From assembly GCA_945787105.1 (NCBI GenBank), contig CALZGZ010000105.1, forward strand, positions 19,730 through 83,729: a stretch of 64,000 nucleotides of DNA, in the 5' to 3' direction. The notes under the pieces were generated by a model. That model ran no database searches, was not told the DNA's origin, and worked only from the letters and a program-made list of their open reading frames with translations. This stretch comes from an uncultured Gammaproteobacteria bacterium. Lineage in GTDB: Bacteria; Pseudomonadota; Gammaproteobacteria; Arenicellales; JAANXG01. Below, piece after piece: positions 9,307 through 19,304 of the stretch; position 1 is the stretch's first letter, and every line of letters begins with the position of its first letter. The translations under genes were made by a program, and so were the position numbers.

Positions 9307-9825
9307 ATGAGCGGCATCCAGCAGATTTTCGTCAACTACGTCCCTGCCCAGGACCGCATACTGGTACGTGTCAGCACCATCGACAACACCGAGATGCGTA
9401 TGTGGCTGACGCGCCGGTTCATAACAGTCCTGTGGCCGGTGATGCTACAGATGCTCGAGTCCGATCCAAGTGTCGTTGGACAATCGGACACCCGGTCCAA
9501 GCAAGAAGTGCTTTCGTTCCGGCATGAGGAGGCGATCAGCAAAACTCGGTTCACCAAGAGCTACCAAACCCCGCCTCAGCTCAAACCGGTCAATCAGGTT
9601 CCGTTCCTGATCACCAAGCTCAGCACCAAGCGATTGGATAATGGCCGCACGCAGATGATATTCGGTACCGCTAAGGGCCGCAGCGTGCAGTTCGTTGTGG
9701 ATCGCACGCTCACCCATTCGTTGTGCAAACTGATCGCCGACTGCACGTCAAAAGCCAATTGGGGTCTTGAGTTGAAAATCGCCAAGTCCGCGGCGGCAGC
9801 GCCGGCTGACCGCACCATCAACTAG
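9307..9825 (+). CDS. hypothetical protein (172 aa)
   Basis: This is the only long ORF in the interval, with no competing ORF of similar length. I recognise no motif. Confidence 0.5.
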   Translation: MSGIQQIFVNYVPAQDRILVRVSTIDNTEMRMWLTRRFITVLWPVMLQMLESDPSVVGQSDTRSKQEVLSFRHEEAISKTRFTKSYQTPPQLKPVNQVPFLITKLSTKRLDNGRTQMIFGTAKGRSVQFVVDRTLTHSLCKLIADCTSKANWGLELKIAKSAAAAPADRTIN

Positions 9826-9965
9826 TGCGTGTTCTCCACATACCTGGGACCAAGATAGTCAAACTACGGGACAGTGCCTTTCCCCTGCTTTGCGGGGACC
9901 ATTCAGGCACGATACCTCGCAGCTCGCGGGTCCCCTTCAGCAAGACACATGCGGCACCCACGCAG

Positions 9966-10979
9966 TCATTCGTCAGTATTTCCCAATAAAGATTGTAACT
10001 TGTCGTGTAAGGTTCGGGGGATGTTGATGAACTCTGCGTCCGCGCGGGCGTCGCGGCGCCGGCTGCCCGGCAGACGCGTGCCGGGTTGCTCGAGCACCGC
10101 CGCGATGAGCGTCTCGAGGCGTTTGGTCAAGGTGCCGCCGGACAACGCCTCCCCATGCATTGCGATCATCAGTTGACCGACGCCGGGCGGCGGTCCGTCG
10201 GCGTTAAAAAACGACGACGCCTCGAATCCAAAATTGGCCCCGGTCAACGCCGCCGCGAGGATCTCCACCATCATCACCAAGGCGGCCCCCTTGGCGTCGC
10301 CCATCGGCAGCATGGTGCCCGCCATCGCCGCCTGCGGATCGGTGGTCGGGTGTCCCTCGGGATCTAGGGCCCAACCGGGGTCGATGGGTTCCGCGCGCTG
10401 GGCGGCGACCATGATCTTGCCGCGCGCGATCTTGCTTAAAGAAAGGTCGATGACCAACGGCGGCTGGTTGGCGCGCGGTACCGCAAACGCGATCGGGTTG
10501 GTGCCGAACACCCCGCTTCGTCCTCCCCACGGGGCAATCGCCTTGGGACTGTTGCCGAAGATCAGGCCCACCCGCCCACGCAGGGCAAGTTGCTCCACGT
10601 GATAACCCGCCTGACCGAAATGATGAGACCGATGCACCGCAGCGACCGCGATCCCGGTGTCGGCGACCAGGGTATCCAGTTCGCTGATCGCTCTAGCTAG
10701 TGCCGGAAACGCGAAGCCGTTGCCCGCGTCCACACGCACCGCCGCCGCAGCCACATGCCGGACAACCGGCAGCGCATGACCGTCGACCTTACCCGCCGCC
10801 GCCTGCGCGGCGTAACTCGGCAATCGGGACAAACCGTGTCCGGACTGACCGTCGATCTCGGCGGCGATGAGCGCATCGGTCACGCACTCGGCATTTTCCT
10901 GACTGGTGTTGTGGTGCAGCAGGATCGCGACGCCCAGCGACCGGCATTGATCGACGGGTAATGCGATAACATCGTTCAT
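9966..10979 (-). CDS. Ldh_2 family (malate/L-lactate/sulfolactate dehydrogenase type 2) oxidoreductase
   Basis: 337 aa with family-typical 'AEIDGQSGHGLSRLPSY' and 'HHFGQAGYH'. An ATGA start/stop overlap with the upstream gene lies at 10976-10979. Confidence 0.8.
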   Translation of the reverse strand: MNDVIALPVDQCRSLGVAILLHHNTSQENAECVTDALIAAEIDGQSGHGLSRLPSYAAQAAAGKVDGHALPVVRHVAAAAVRVDAGNGFAFPALARAISELDTLVADTGIAVAAVHRSHHFGQAGYHVEQLALRGRVGLIFGNSPKAIAPWGGRSGVFGTNPIAFAVPRANQPPLVIDLSLSKIARGKIMVAAQRAEPIDPGWALDPEGHPTTDPQAAMAGTMLPMGDAKGAALVMMVEILAAALTGANFGFEASSFFNADGPPPGVGQLMIAMHGEALSGGTLTKRLETLIAAVLEQPGTRLPGSRRRDARADAEFINIPRTLHDKLQSLLGNTDE

Positions 10980-11905
10980 GCCATTGCCAACACCCGCTTT
11001 ACGTTACTGGCGGTTACCGCGCTGACCCGTACGTTGGATTCCTCCGTCACCCCGGCGATGTGCGGCGTCAAGATGAGATTCGGTACGTTCCGAAAACAGC
11101 CACCTGCGGCGGCGGTCAATGGTTCGGTTGCGTAGACATCCAGCGCCGCACCGCCGAGCCGGCCAGCGACCAGCGCGTCGATGACCGCTTGTTCATCGAC
11201 GATGCCGCCGCGCGCGGTGTTGACCAACACCGCTTCGGGTCGCATGTCCGCGAGCAATGTCGCGTCGACCAGCCCACGGGTGGCGTCGTTGAGTGGGACA
11301 TGGATGCTGACTACGTCCGCGCCCGCGAACACCGGTCCCAGCTCCAGCTTCTGGACGCCGTCCCACGCGGCATCGTCGCCGGCCACGAACGGGTCGTGAG
11401 CAGCCACCGTCATGCCCAGTGCCCGGGCGCGGTCTGCGGTCTGGCGTGCAATACCGCCGAAACCCACGAGGCCCAGCATCTTGCCCTGAATTTCCCGGCC
11501 GACGCATGGTTGCCGCGGCCAATCCCCGGCAATGACCGCGGCATTGGCCCGGTAGCAGCCGCGTAGTAGAAACATTGCGGTAGCGATGACGTATTCCGCC
11601 ACCGCAGCATCGTTGGCGCCGGTGGCGGGACACACGGTAATGCCGCGCTGTTCGCATTCCGCGACGTTGATGTTGTCCAGCCCCACTCCCAGGCGGCCGA
11701 CCACCCGTAAGCGCTGCGCTCGCTCCAGCAATGCGCCGCGAACCGGGGTTCGATTGCGCACCACCAAGCCGTCGGTGTCGGTTATGCGTTTCAACAGCTG
11801 TTCGGGCTTGTCCACCAGATCCGGATCGTAGTAAACCTCAAAGTCGCGACGCAAATCATCGACCGCGGCTTCATCCATAAACTCGGTGATCAGGATCTTA
11901 GCCAT
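10976..11905 (-). CDS. D-isomer-specific 2-hydroxyacid dehydrogenase family, NAD-binding
   Basis: 309 aa with Rossmann motif 'GLVGFGGIARQ', plus 'NTARGGIVDE' and 'LTPHIAGVT' (catalytic His context). Confidence 0.85.
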   Translation of the reverse strand: MAKILITEFMDEAAVDDLRRDFEVYYDPDLVDKPEQLLKRITDTDGLVVRNRTPVRGALLERAQRLRVVGRLGVGLDNINVAECEQRGITVCPATGANDAAVAEYVIATAMFLLRGCYRANAAVIAGDWPRQPCVGREIQGKMLGLVGFGGIARQTADRARALGMTVAAHDPFVAGDDAAWDGVQKLELGPVFAGADVVSIHVPLNDATRGLVDATLLADMRPEAVLVNTARGGIVDEQAVIDALVAGRLGGAALDVYATEPLTAAAGGCFRNVPNLILTPHIAGVTEESNVRVSAVTASNVKRVLAMA

Positions 11906-11906
11906 C

Positions 11907-13076
11907 TCAGTCCTCGGTAAGACGTTGCAATTCAGCGTATAGGTCTTGCTTTAGTTCCACGCCAATACCCGGGGTGTCGTGACCGTGGGTGTAACCGTCG
12001 ACGATGGGTATGGCATCGGCGAATCCACCAAACGGTTGAAACACGCCGGGATAGGATTCCGCACCGCCGGTCTGGAGACCCAAGGCGATGTTCAACGCCA
12101 ACTGATGTCCGCCATGGGGAATGAGCCGACGCCGCGACCAACCGTGGGCCTCGGTCGCCTCCACTACCCGCATATATTCGGTGAGCCCGTAACTCAGGGC
12201 AGGGTCGAGCTGAACCCAATCCCGGTCCGGCCGCAATCCACCGTAACGCAACAGGTTTACCAGGTCCTGATGAGAAAACAGATTCTCCCCGGTGGCGATG
12301 GCGGCGGGATAATGCTGCGCCAAGGTGGCGTGCAGCAAGTAATCCAGCGGGTCCCCGGGTTCCTCGTACCAGAATAGATCATAGTCGCGCATCGCCTCGC
12401 CATACGCCAACGCCTGCCGCAAGTCGAAGCGGCCGTTCGCATCCACCGCGAGATTGTGGCCGTCACCGACCACCTCGAGCACTGCTTCAATACGACGCCG
12501 GTCGGTGTCGAGGTCGGCGCCGCCGATTTTCATCTTCACCACCCGATAGCCGGCGTCACGATATCCCCGCATCTCGGTCTGGAGCTGCGCGAGTTCTTTT
12601 CCCGGGTAGTAGTAGCCGCCACCGGGGTATACCAGGACCCGCTGATCACATTGGCCACCGTTGTATCGATCGGATAACAACCGCCATAACGGCTGCCCCG
12701 CGATCTTGGCCACCGCGTCCCATACCGCCATGTCCAAGGCGCCGGCCGCCACCGCCCGGTCGCCGTGTCCCCCCGGTTTCTCATTGGCCATGAATGTGTC
12801 CCAAATCTTGAAAGGATCGAGATTGTCACCGGCGTCGGTGCGCAGGCGTTCGGGATCGGCATCCATAATGCGGGGGATAAATCGCTCTCGCAGTATGCCG
12901 CCTTGTGCATACCGCCCGTTGGAGCAGAAACCGTAGCCGACGACCGGCGAACCGTCACATACCACATCGGTGATCAACGCGACGACGCTGACTGTCATGC
13001 GGCTGAAATCAATGTAGGCATTGCGTATTGACGAACCAATAGACGCGTTGCGCTCGCGTATTTCGACAATCCGCAT
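11907..13076 (-). CDS. enolase-superfamily (mandelate racemase/muconate lactonizing enzyme family) acid-sugar or tartrate-type dehydratase
   Basis: Motifs present: 'VVKMKIGG' (KxK), 'LAVDANGRF', 'LFWYEEPGDP', 'AIATGENLF'. The start is chosen at 'MRIVEIRE' (13076), which removes the overlap with tctB. The ORF track start at 13184 would run through tctB. Confidence 0.8.
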   Translation of the reverse strand: MRIVEIRERNASIGSSIRNAYIDFSRMTVSVVALITDVVCDGSPVVGYGFCSNGRYAQGGILRERFIPRIMDADPERLRTDAGDNLDPFKIWDTFMANEKPGGHGDRAVAAGALDMAVWDAVAKIAGQPLWRLLSDRYNGGQCDQRVLVYPGGGYYYPGKELAQLQTEMRGYRDAGYRVVKMKIGGADLDTDRRRIEAVLEVVGDGHNLAVDANGRFDLRQALAYGEAMRDYDLFWYEEPGDPLDYLLHATLAQHYPAAIATGENLFSHQDLVNLLRYGGLRPDRDWVQLDPALSYGLTEYMRVVEATEAHGWSRRRLIPHGGHQLALNIALGLQTGGAESYPGVFQPFGGFADAIPIVDGYTHGHDTPGIGVELKQDLYAELQRLTED

Positions 13077-13080
13077 AGAC

Positions 13081-13551
13081 CTATCCGATAAAAAGACGTC
13101 CGGTAGGGAGGGGGACCAACAATACCTTGGTGAATAGAAAATAGAATCCCAACACAATGGCGGATCCAACCAGCGGATAGACAATTAACCGCCCACGCGT
13201 CCACGGATCGTACATCGCCAGCCACACGATCGCGGCAAATGCCAACAGGCCGGATAACAAGAACCCGGTGTAGGGCATCAGCACCGCGGCGATCAGCATC
13301 GCGGTCACCAGGCCCACGCGGCGTGGTGTCGATTCGGCTCCTCGCGATTCGACGTCAATCGGGCGTACCAGACTCCAGGCGATCAAGGCGATACAAAAAA
13401 CGATCATCGATCCGGCAACGGTGCGGGGAAACACAAACGAGTCGGCATCGGTGTAATCGAAGGTGTCCCACAACGCTAACACGCCGATCAAAATGAAAAT
13501 CGCGGCGACGATCATGCCGCCGGTGTCGCGGGATTGCAGCTCAGTCGGCAC
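13081..13551 (-). CDS. tctB: tripartite tricarboxylate transporter small membrane subunit TctB
   Basis: 156-aa four-TM protein lying between the tctA and dehydratase genes. It overlaps the tctA stop by 11 nt. Confidence 0.75.
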   Translation of the reverse strand: MPTELQSRDTGGMIVAAIFILIGVLALWDTFDYTDADSFVFPRTVAGSMIVFCIALIAWSLVRPIDVESRGAESTPRRVGLVTAMLIAAVLMPYTGFLLSGLLAFAAIVWLAMYDPWTRGRLIVYPLVGSAIVLGFYFLFTKVLLVPLPTGRLFIG

Positions 13552-15049
13552 GGGCCATCTCCCGTTTGACGCGAAAACGGCTCAACAACAGAGGTGAAAA
13601 CAAAGACAACAAAATGAATGCGAAGATGCCCACCGAGATCGGCCGGCCGAAGAACTCGCCCCATAGATTCTCTGCCGCCGCGCCGATGATCCATCCTTGC
13701 ACGAAACCCTGCTCGGCGATAGATCCCAGTATCAGTCCCAACACGATGGGTGATGCGCTGAATCCGAACCGCCCCAGGACCCATCCCAATACGCCGAGGA
13801 TGATCATGATCGCGACATCGGAAACACTATTTCGAATCGCATAGGTCCCGATCAACGTCATGAAAGCGACGGTGGGCACCAGCAGCGCCTTGGGCACGGT
13901 GACGATGGAACGATAGGCGTAACGGCCGATCAACAAGCCGATCGGCAACATGAGCACGGTGGCGATCAACAGTCCCCAAATAAAGACATAGACAATTGAG
14001 CCATGTTCGGTAAACAAGTTGGGACCGGTGCGTACGCCTTGGATCAGCAACGCACCGAGGATCACGGCGTCCGGGGGCGTGCCGGGGATGCCGAGCACCA
14101 GGGTGGGGATGAAACCACCGCCCACGGTCGCGTTGTTGGCCGACTCAGTGGCCTGAACCCCCTCCGGGGCGCCATGGCCGAAGCTTCCCTGCTGTTTCGA
14201 CGATCGCCGCGCTTCGGAATAGGCGACCAATCCGGCAATGGAACCCCCGGCCCCCGGCAAGATCCCGACCAGGGTGCCAAGCACAGAGCTGCGCGCCAGG
14301 TTGAACTTGTTTCGCCACGAGATACCCAGCGCCTCATGCAGCCGGTATCCGCGTGAGACATTTTCCACCTTGAGATGGCGGTCGGGGGTCGCGACGAGAT
14401 CGATCAAAACCGGAATGCAATACAGGCCGATCAACGCCGAGACCGTTTCGATGCCACCGAGCAGGGTCTGGCTGTCAAAGGTCAAGCGCACGTCGGCGCT
14501 GATTTCAGCGACACCGATACAGGACAGCAACAATCCAAAACAGGCCCCGATCAGGCCCTTAAGCAGATTTCCCTGTGACAGCGCCGAGATCAGGGTCAGG
14601 CCGAGGATCGCCAGCCAGAAATACTCGACGGGTCCGAAGGAGAGCGCCACATTGGCGAGCGGTGGTGCCAGAAACAACAAGAACAGCGCCCCGACCAACC
14701 CCCCGCATACCGAAGCAATGCACGCGAGGGTAATCGCTAGATCGCCGTCGCCGCGTTTGGCCATCGGATAACCGTCGAAGGTGGTGGCGATCGCCGACGG
14801 CGTACCGGGTGTATTCAGCAGGATCGCGGCGTAGGCGCCACCGTAGATGGCGCCGGTATAAATGGCACCCATTAGGATCAACGCCGATGCCGGTTGCATG
14901 GAGAAGGTGATCGGTATCAACACCGCCACCGCCATGGTGGCGGTCAGCCCCGGCAGCGAGCCGACGACGGTTCCCGCCACCACGCCGCCGATTGCCAGCG
15001 CTACATGGTAGGGCGTGAGCGCTGCGAGTAAATAACCGAGGCTGTCCAT
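13541..15049 (-). CDS. tctA: tripartite tricarboxylate transporter large permease TctA
   Basis: 502-aa polytopic protein with family-typical 'GSLPGLTATMAVAVLIP' and 'GILPGAGGSIA'. Confidence 0.85.
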   Translation of the reverse strand: MDSLGYLLAALTPYHVALAIGGVVAGTVVGSLPGLTATMAVAVLIPITFSMQPASALILMGAIYTGAIYGGAYAAILLNTPGTPSAIATTFDGYPMAKRGDGDLAITLACIASVCGGLVGALFLLFLAPPLANVALSFGPVEYFWLAILGLTLISALSQGNLLKGLIGACFGLLLSCIGVAEISADVRLTFDSQTLLGGIETVSALIGLYCIPVLIDLVATPDRHLKVENVSRGYRLHEALGISWRNKFNLARSSVLGTLVGILPGAGGSIAGLVAYSEARRSSKQQGSFGHGAPEGVQATESANNATVGGGFIPTLVLGIPGTPPDAVILGALLIQGVRTGPNLFTEHGSIVYVFIWGLLIATVLMLPIGLLIGRYAYRSIVTVPKALLVPTVAFMTLIGTYAIRNSVSDVAIMIILGVLGWVLGRFGFSASPIVLGLILGSIAEQGFVQGWIIGAAAENLWGEFFGRPISVGIFAFILLSLFSPLLLSRFRVKREMARAD

Positions 15050-15092
15050 ACGACTGGCCGCCGCGAGTCAGCGGCGGCCAACCTCGATGAAA

Positions 15093-16052
15093 TTACTTAA
15101 TGACGCCGGCTTCCTTGGCGGCTGCGACATAGCCTTTCCTTTTTTCCTCCATGAATGCCTGCATGCCCTTGTAATCCACATTTACCAGTGCAAATCCATC
15201 GTTTTCCATTTTTTTCTTGAACTCGGCATCGGCGTTGATCTGGTCAATTAAAGAGGATAATTTTGCGCGGATGTCTTCAGGCGTCGAGTTCGGTACCGCG
15301 ATACCGCGATAGGCGCCGGAGACGATGTCAAAACCCAGCTCTTTGAATGTGGGCACATCGGGAAATCTGGGATGCCGTTGTTCCATCGCCACCGCCAATA
15401 AGCGTACCTTGTCGGAGTGTTTGGCTCCCACCGAGGTGTAGCCCCATTGCCCCATCACCTGATTACCCAACAACGCGGTCACCGATGCGCCGGTTCCTTT
15501 GAAGGCCACATAGGTCGTCTTGGTGCCAGCCAGTTTGTCAAACGTCACTTGGGCGAGATGATTGGCAGTGCCCTTGCCGGAGCCCGAGAACGTGACCTTG
15601 CCCGGATTCTTCTTGGCGTGGTCGATCAGATCTTGCAGGGTCTTGAACTGGCTGTCCGTCGTCACCACCACCGCATCCGGGGTGTAGTGAAACATGTAGA
15701 TAACCGCCAGGTCGTTAGTTTTAAAACCCACATCCTTTTGCAGCGGCTTGACGATAATGTGGGGGAGGTTGACGCCCATGATGTTATAGCCGTCGCCAGG
15801 CATGTCGTTGAGCTGCGCCCAACCGACCGCGCCACCCCCACCAGGCTTGTAGGAAACGACTAGGTCCTTTCCAAACTTCTTTTTGAAGAACGGTTGCTGG
15901 TGGCGGGCGGTGATATCGGATTCGCCGCCCGGTCCGAATGGAATCACGTAACTTATTGCTTTTTCCGGATATTCGGCGATAGCCCCCGCCGACAATAGCA
16001 TCAACGCCGCAGTCAACGGCGCCAGGATTACCCGCTTTACAGTGGTCAACAT
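15093..16052 (-). CDS. tctC: tripartite tricarboxylate transporter substrate-binding protein TctC (Bug family)
   Basis: 319 aa with a signal peptide, then 'YPEKAISYVIPFGPGGESD' and 'VSYKPGGGGAVG', typical of Bug/TctC binding proteins. Confidence 0.85.
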   Translation of the reverse strand: MLTTVKRVILAPLTAALMLLSAGAIAEYPEKAISYVIPFGPGGESDITARHQQPFFKKKFGKDLVVSYKPGGGGAVGWAQLNDMPGDGYNIMGVNLPHIIVKPLQKDVGFKTNDLAVIYMFHYTPDAVVVTTDSQFKTLQDLIDHAKKNPGKVTFSGSGKGTANHLAQVTFDKLAGTKTTYVAFKGTGASVTALLGNQVMGQWGYTSVGAKHSDKVRLLAVAMEQRHPRFPDVPTFKELGFDIVSGAYRGIAVPNSTPEDIRAKLSSLIDQINADAEFKKKMENDGFALVNVDYKGMQAFMEEKRKGYVAAAKEAGVIK

Positions 16053-16086
16053 TTTTACCTCCCGTTAGATCGTTAATACAAACCTT

Positions 16087-17185
16087 CTACGCGCTTCGAT
16101 ATAATTTTGTGAGCACGAACTCACGGTGGCCCAGGGCCTCCGCTGCCGTCAGCCGGCCGTTGCAGGTGCGAATCATCGTTTCGATTAATTGATCGCCTGC
16201 CTCTTCCAAATTCATTTCGCGGCGCAATAAGCCGGACACATCGAGATCCACGTGTTCGCTCATAGTGCGTACGGTACGAGGATTTCCAGTGAGTTTAATT
16301 ACCGGTTCAATAAGATTACCAATGATATTGCCTTGGCCGGTCGGAAACAAATGGACCACAAAACCCGCCGCCGCCTGCAGGGTAACACACTCCGCCGCCG
16401 CCGATGATGTATCCGTGAAATACAATCCCGGACCCTTGCTGGGCTGTTCCGCGGGTGTTAACACATCGATATAGCGGGTTTTCTTTCCAATCTTTTCCAG
16501 ATTACCGAAGGCCTTTTCCTCAATAGCCGTAAGCCCACCCTCGATATTGCCTTTAGTGGGTTGGCTTTCCGATAAATCGCTGGTCTTGTACGGCTCGATG
16601 ACCTCGGCCATGTAGGCTTGCCAGGGGTCCTTGAATTTCTTAGCCACTTCCGGCGTTTTCGCCCGCGCAGCACAAATCTCTTCGGCGCCGGTGATTTCCG
16701 AAGTCTCTCCGAAACACGTGGTGGCGCCAACGGGATCCAACTTATCGATCAGATTACCGACCGTTGGGTTGGCGGCGAGTCCCGAGGTGGTGTCCGATTC
16801 GCCGCATTTGACCGAGATCCACAAATCGGACACACCACACTCTTCGCGCCTGAGTTCCGATGCCCATTGCAAGAATTCTTTCGCCTTACGACTCGCGGCG
16901 GCGATAGTGCTGATATCACCGTTTTTTTGCGATGGCAAACCCCGCCACCGGTTTTCCGGTGTTGGCGATTCCGTCCACCACCCGATTAGTCCAACCGGGC
17001 TCGATGCCGATTACAACTGCCGCAGCGACGTTGGGGTTGGCGCCGGTGCCGATCAGGGTGCGGAAGAACAATTCCAGATCCTCGCCAAACTGCAGGCGGC
17101 CGTAAGCGTGTGGGATCGCCATAGTGCCCTTGATATTGTTAGCGGCTGCCTCGGCGGCGGCGTTGGATAGATCATCCAACGGCAA
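16087..17185 (-). pseudogene. UxaA-family (altronate/galactarate dehydratase large domain) gene, frameshifted and N-terminally truncated
   Basis: ORFs 16916..17185 ('[33 protein letters not shown]') and 16087..16938 ('[22 protein letters not shown]') are consecutive parts of one UxaA-type protein in different frames. The break is at the T7/A7 run 16922-16928, and removing one base gives '...[12 protein letters not shown]...'. An in-frame stop lies 4 codons upstream of the first codon. About 20-25 family N-terminal residues and the usual Cys residues ('HQHGC', 'LGCE') are missing. Confidence 0.7.
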
Positions 17186-17292
17186 GAAATTGAATCATGC
17201 ACAAACTCCCGGATGTCAGTGGGGTATAGCGGCGACTTTAGGACACCGCCATCATTCAATCAACTAATTGATTTAGATGAATTAACGACACC

Positions 17293-17541
17293 ATGAATGA
17301 AGCCTGTTACATCGGCAGTACCACCACCGGTCCGCGGTATATGGCGGTACAACATGAAATCGTCAACAACCTGATGCAAGGAGAGCGGATACCGGGACAG
17401 GCCATTCCCAATGAGTTTCGGTTGGTGCAACGTTATCGGGCCAGCATTGGGACATCGCGCAAGGTGATAGAAGGCATGGTCGCGGCGAGCATATTGATCC
17501 GCCACCCGGGTCGCGATTACACCGGAAGGGTTTATGGATAA
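17293..17541 (+). pseudogene. GntR-family winged-helix domain only (82 aa); effector domain absent
   Basis: 'GERIPGQAIPNEFRLVQRYRASIGTSRKVIEGMVAASILIRHPGRDYTGRV' matches the GntR HTH pattern. The ORF stops right after it, and only 88 nt remain before the next gene. It is divergent from the decayed uxaA-like gene. Confidence 0.55.
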
Positions 17542-17629
17542 CGTGCAGTGATAAATTTGCGCGCCGATCTTGCATTGTGGGCCAATCCTGATTGTTTCGG
17601 CCGTGATGCAAAGGGAAGAAAGATTGATA

Positions 17630-18034
17630 CTACCTTTTGACCGTCGCCGTGAAGAACTCGTCTACGAAGGCCTCCGACTCCGAAGTCGTGGTACGCATGG
17701 CATTCGCGGACAATAGTCCGTTGGCTTGCAGGGCATCGACGAAATCAATTTCTTCAGCCAGCTTGCCAATACCGTACCTGAAACTTCCATTGGGCGAACT
17801 ATCGGGTATCATCCACGCTACTGACACCTGTGCTATCAATTGATTGACGATGAGTGTTAATTCGGGTTCATCCGGTAACCGCCGATGCGTGGAGATGCAC
17901 ATGCCCGATTTTGAAACATTCAGGATTGTGAATGGGATATTATCATCGCCGGGAGCGAGATTAATATAACCCTCAATGGCGCCTTTTACTTGATATCTGA
18001 CCTCGCGCCGATGCTCGAGTCCCTGGTCGTTCAT
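17630..18034 (-). CDS. PilZ domain protein (putative c-di-GMP binding)
   Basis: 134 aa with 'RREVRY' (RxxxR) followed by 'NVSKSG' (D/NxSxxG) at PilZ-typical spacing. Confidence 0.75.
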   Translation of the reverse strand: MNDQGLEHRREVRYQVKGAIEGYINLAPGDDNIPFTILNVSKSGMCISTHRRLPDEPELTLIVNQLIAQVSVAWMIPDSSPNGSFRYGIGKLAEEIDFVDALQANGLLSANAMRTTTSESEAFVDEFFTATVKR

Positions 18035-18272
18035 CGCAGGATATCTCCACTATCTGCATCTGTTATGTAGCAGTACAAGAACGTCCCCATCTTCGGTGGG
18101 CTGGATAACCTTAAGTCTAGTACGAAGGTTTGGACTTCTCCATGCGGCGTTAGATATTCTTATAACATTACATATTTTTGAACAGATAGTTAGAGCGCAA
18201 TGATTGATTTGTACCCAGCCCCGGGAGCATCCGATCTGCTAATGCCACGTACAGCCTAACCGGTTTTTCCGA

Positions 18273-19277
18273 ATGAATTTGTATATCCAGCTTATAGGGT
18301 CACTGGTCATTATCGTCGTCGCCGCCGAAATCTTTACCAATGCCCTGGAGCATCTTGGCGAGCGGTTGAAAATTTCCGAGGGCGTGACCGGATCTTTGTT
18401 TGCCGCTGTGGGCACGGCGATGCCAGAAAGCATGATCCCGATACTTGCTTTGCTCGCCGGAACCCAAAGTCAAGAACTCAATGAAGAGATCGGTGTGGGG
18501 GCAATTCTCGGGGCTCCGCTGATGCTATCCACCGTGGCCTTGTGTCTGATGGCGTTGTCAGTGGCACGTCGCCGTGGTTTGTCCGGTGTATTGAGACCCG
18601 AACGAACTGGTCTGGAACGTGATACCAACTTTTTTCTTTTCGCGTTTGGATTGGCGACCGTCGCGTTGTTTATTCCTCATCGGTGGATGGCGATAAGGGC
18701 CATGATTGCAGCCGGATTGGTAGTCACCTATTTTATTTACGTGCTGATGACCTTGCGAATGTCAGCAAAGTTGGTGAAAGACGGACACGGTACCGAAAGT
18801 CACAAGAACTTATTGATCATGTGGTTGGGGCTGCCGGATACCATGCCGATCGTCATGTTTCAAATAGCACTCGGTTTGGCCTTGCTAGTAGCCGGTGCCA
18901 AGGGTTTTATTCATAGTGTCGCACACACGGCAAGCATGCTCGGTGTATCGGCGCTTTTACTGTCACTGCTCATCATCCCGATCGCCACGGAGCTGCCCGA
19001 GAAGGTCAACAGCATCCTTTGGATTCGGCGTGGGAAGGACACTTTGGCATTTGGCAACATCACCGGCGCCATGGTGTTCCAGGGTACGTTACTGCCGGCA
19101 ATCGGGATTTTGCTTACCCCCTGGGAACCGCGGCGCGAGGTCGCCCTGGGTGTGATGATTACATACGTTGCGGCATTATGGGTGCGCGCGGCAATGCAAC
19201 GGGGAAAGCTCAAGATATGGCAGTTGTGTGTGAATGGTGGTTTATATCTGGTTTATCTGGTATCGGTCCTGGCCTGA
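18273..19277 (+). CDS. sodium/calcium exchanger family (CaCA) membrane protein
   Basis: 334-aa polytopic protein with two alpha-repeat-like motifs, 'GSLFAAVGTAMPES' and 'GNITGAMVFQGTL'. Confidence 0.8.
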   Translation: MNLYIQLIGSLVIIVVAAEIFTNALEHLGERLKISEGVTGSLFAAVGTAMPESMIPILALLAGTQSQELNEEIGVGAILGAPLMLSTVALCLMALSVARRRGLSGVLRPERTGLERDTNFFLFAFGLATVALFIPHRWMAIRAMIAAGLVVTYFIYVLMTLRMSAKLVKDGHGTESHKNLLIMWLGLPDTMPIVMFQIALGLALLVAGAKGFIHSVAHTASMLGVSALLLSLLIIPIATELPEKVNSILWIRRGKDTLAFGNITGAMVFQGTLLPAIGILLTPWEPRREVALGVMITYVAALWVRAAMQRGKLKIWQLCVNGGLYLVYLVSVLA

Positions 19278-19304
19278 TGCGCCAACCATGGCAGACGCCG
19301 CCGC

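Noticed and set aside
9098-9527. ORFs 9098..9310 and 9195..9527 upstream of and overlapping the 172-aa hypothetical gene.
   Set aside because: The first starts inside MITE copy A. The second is an Arg/Pro-rich alternative frame of the 9307..9825 ORF. Neither has a motif or a start context.
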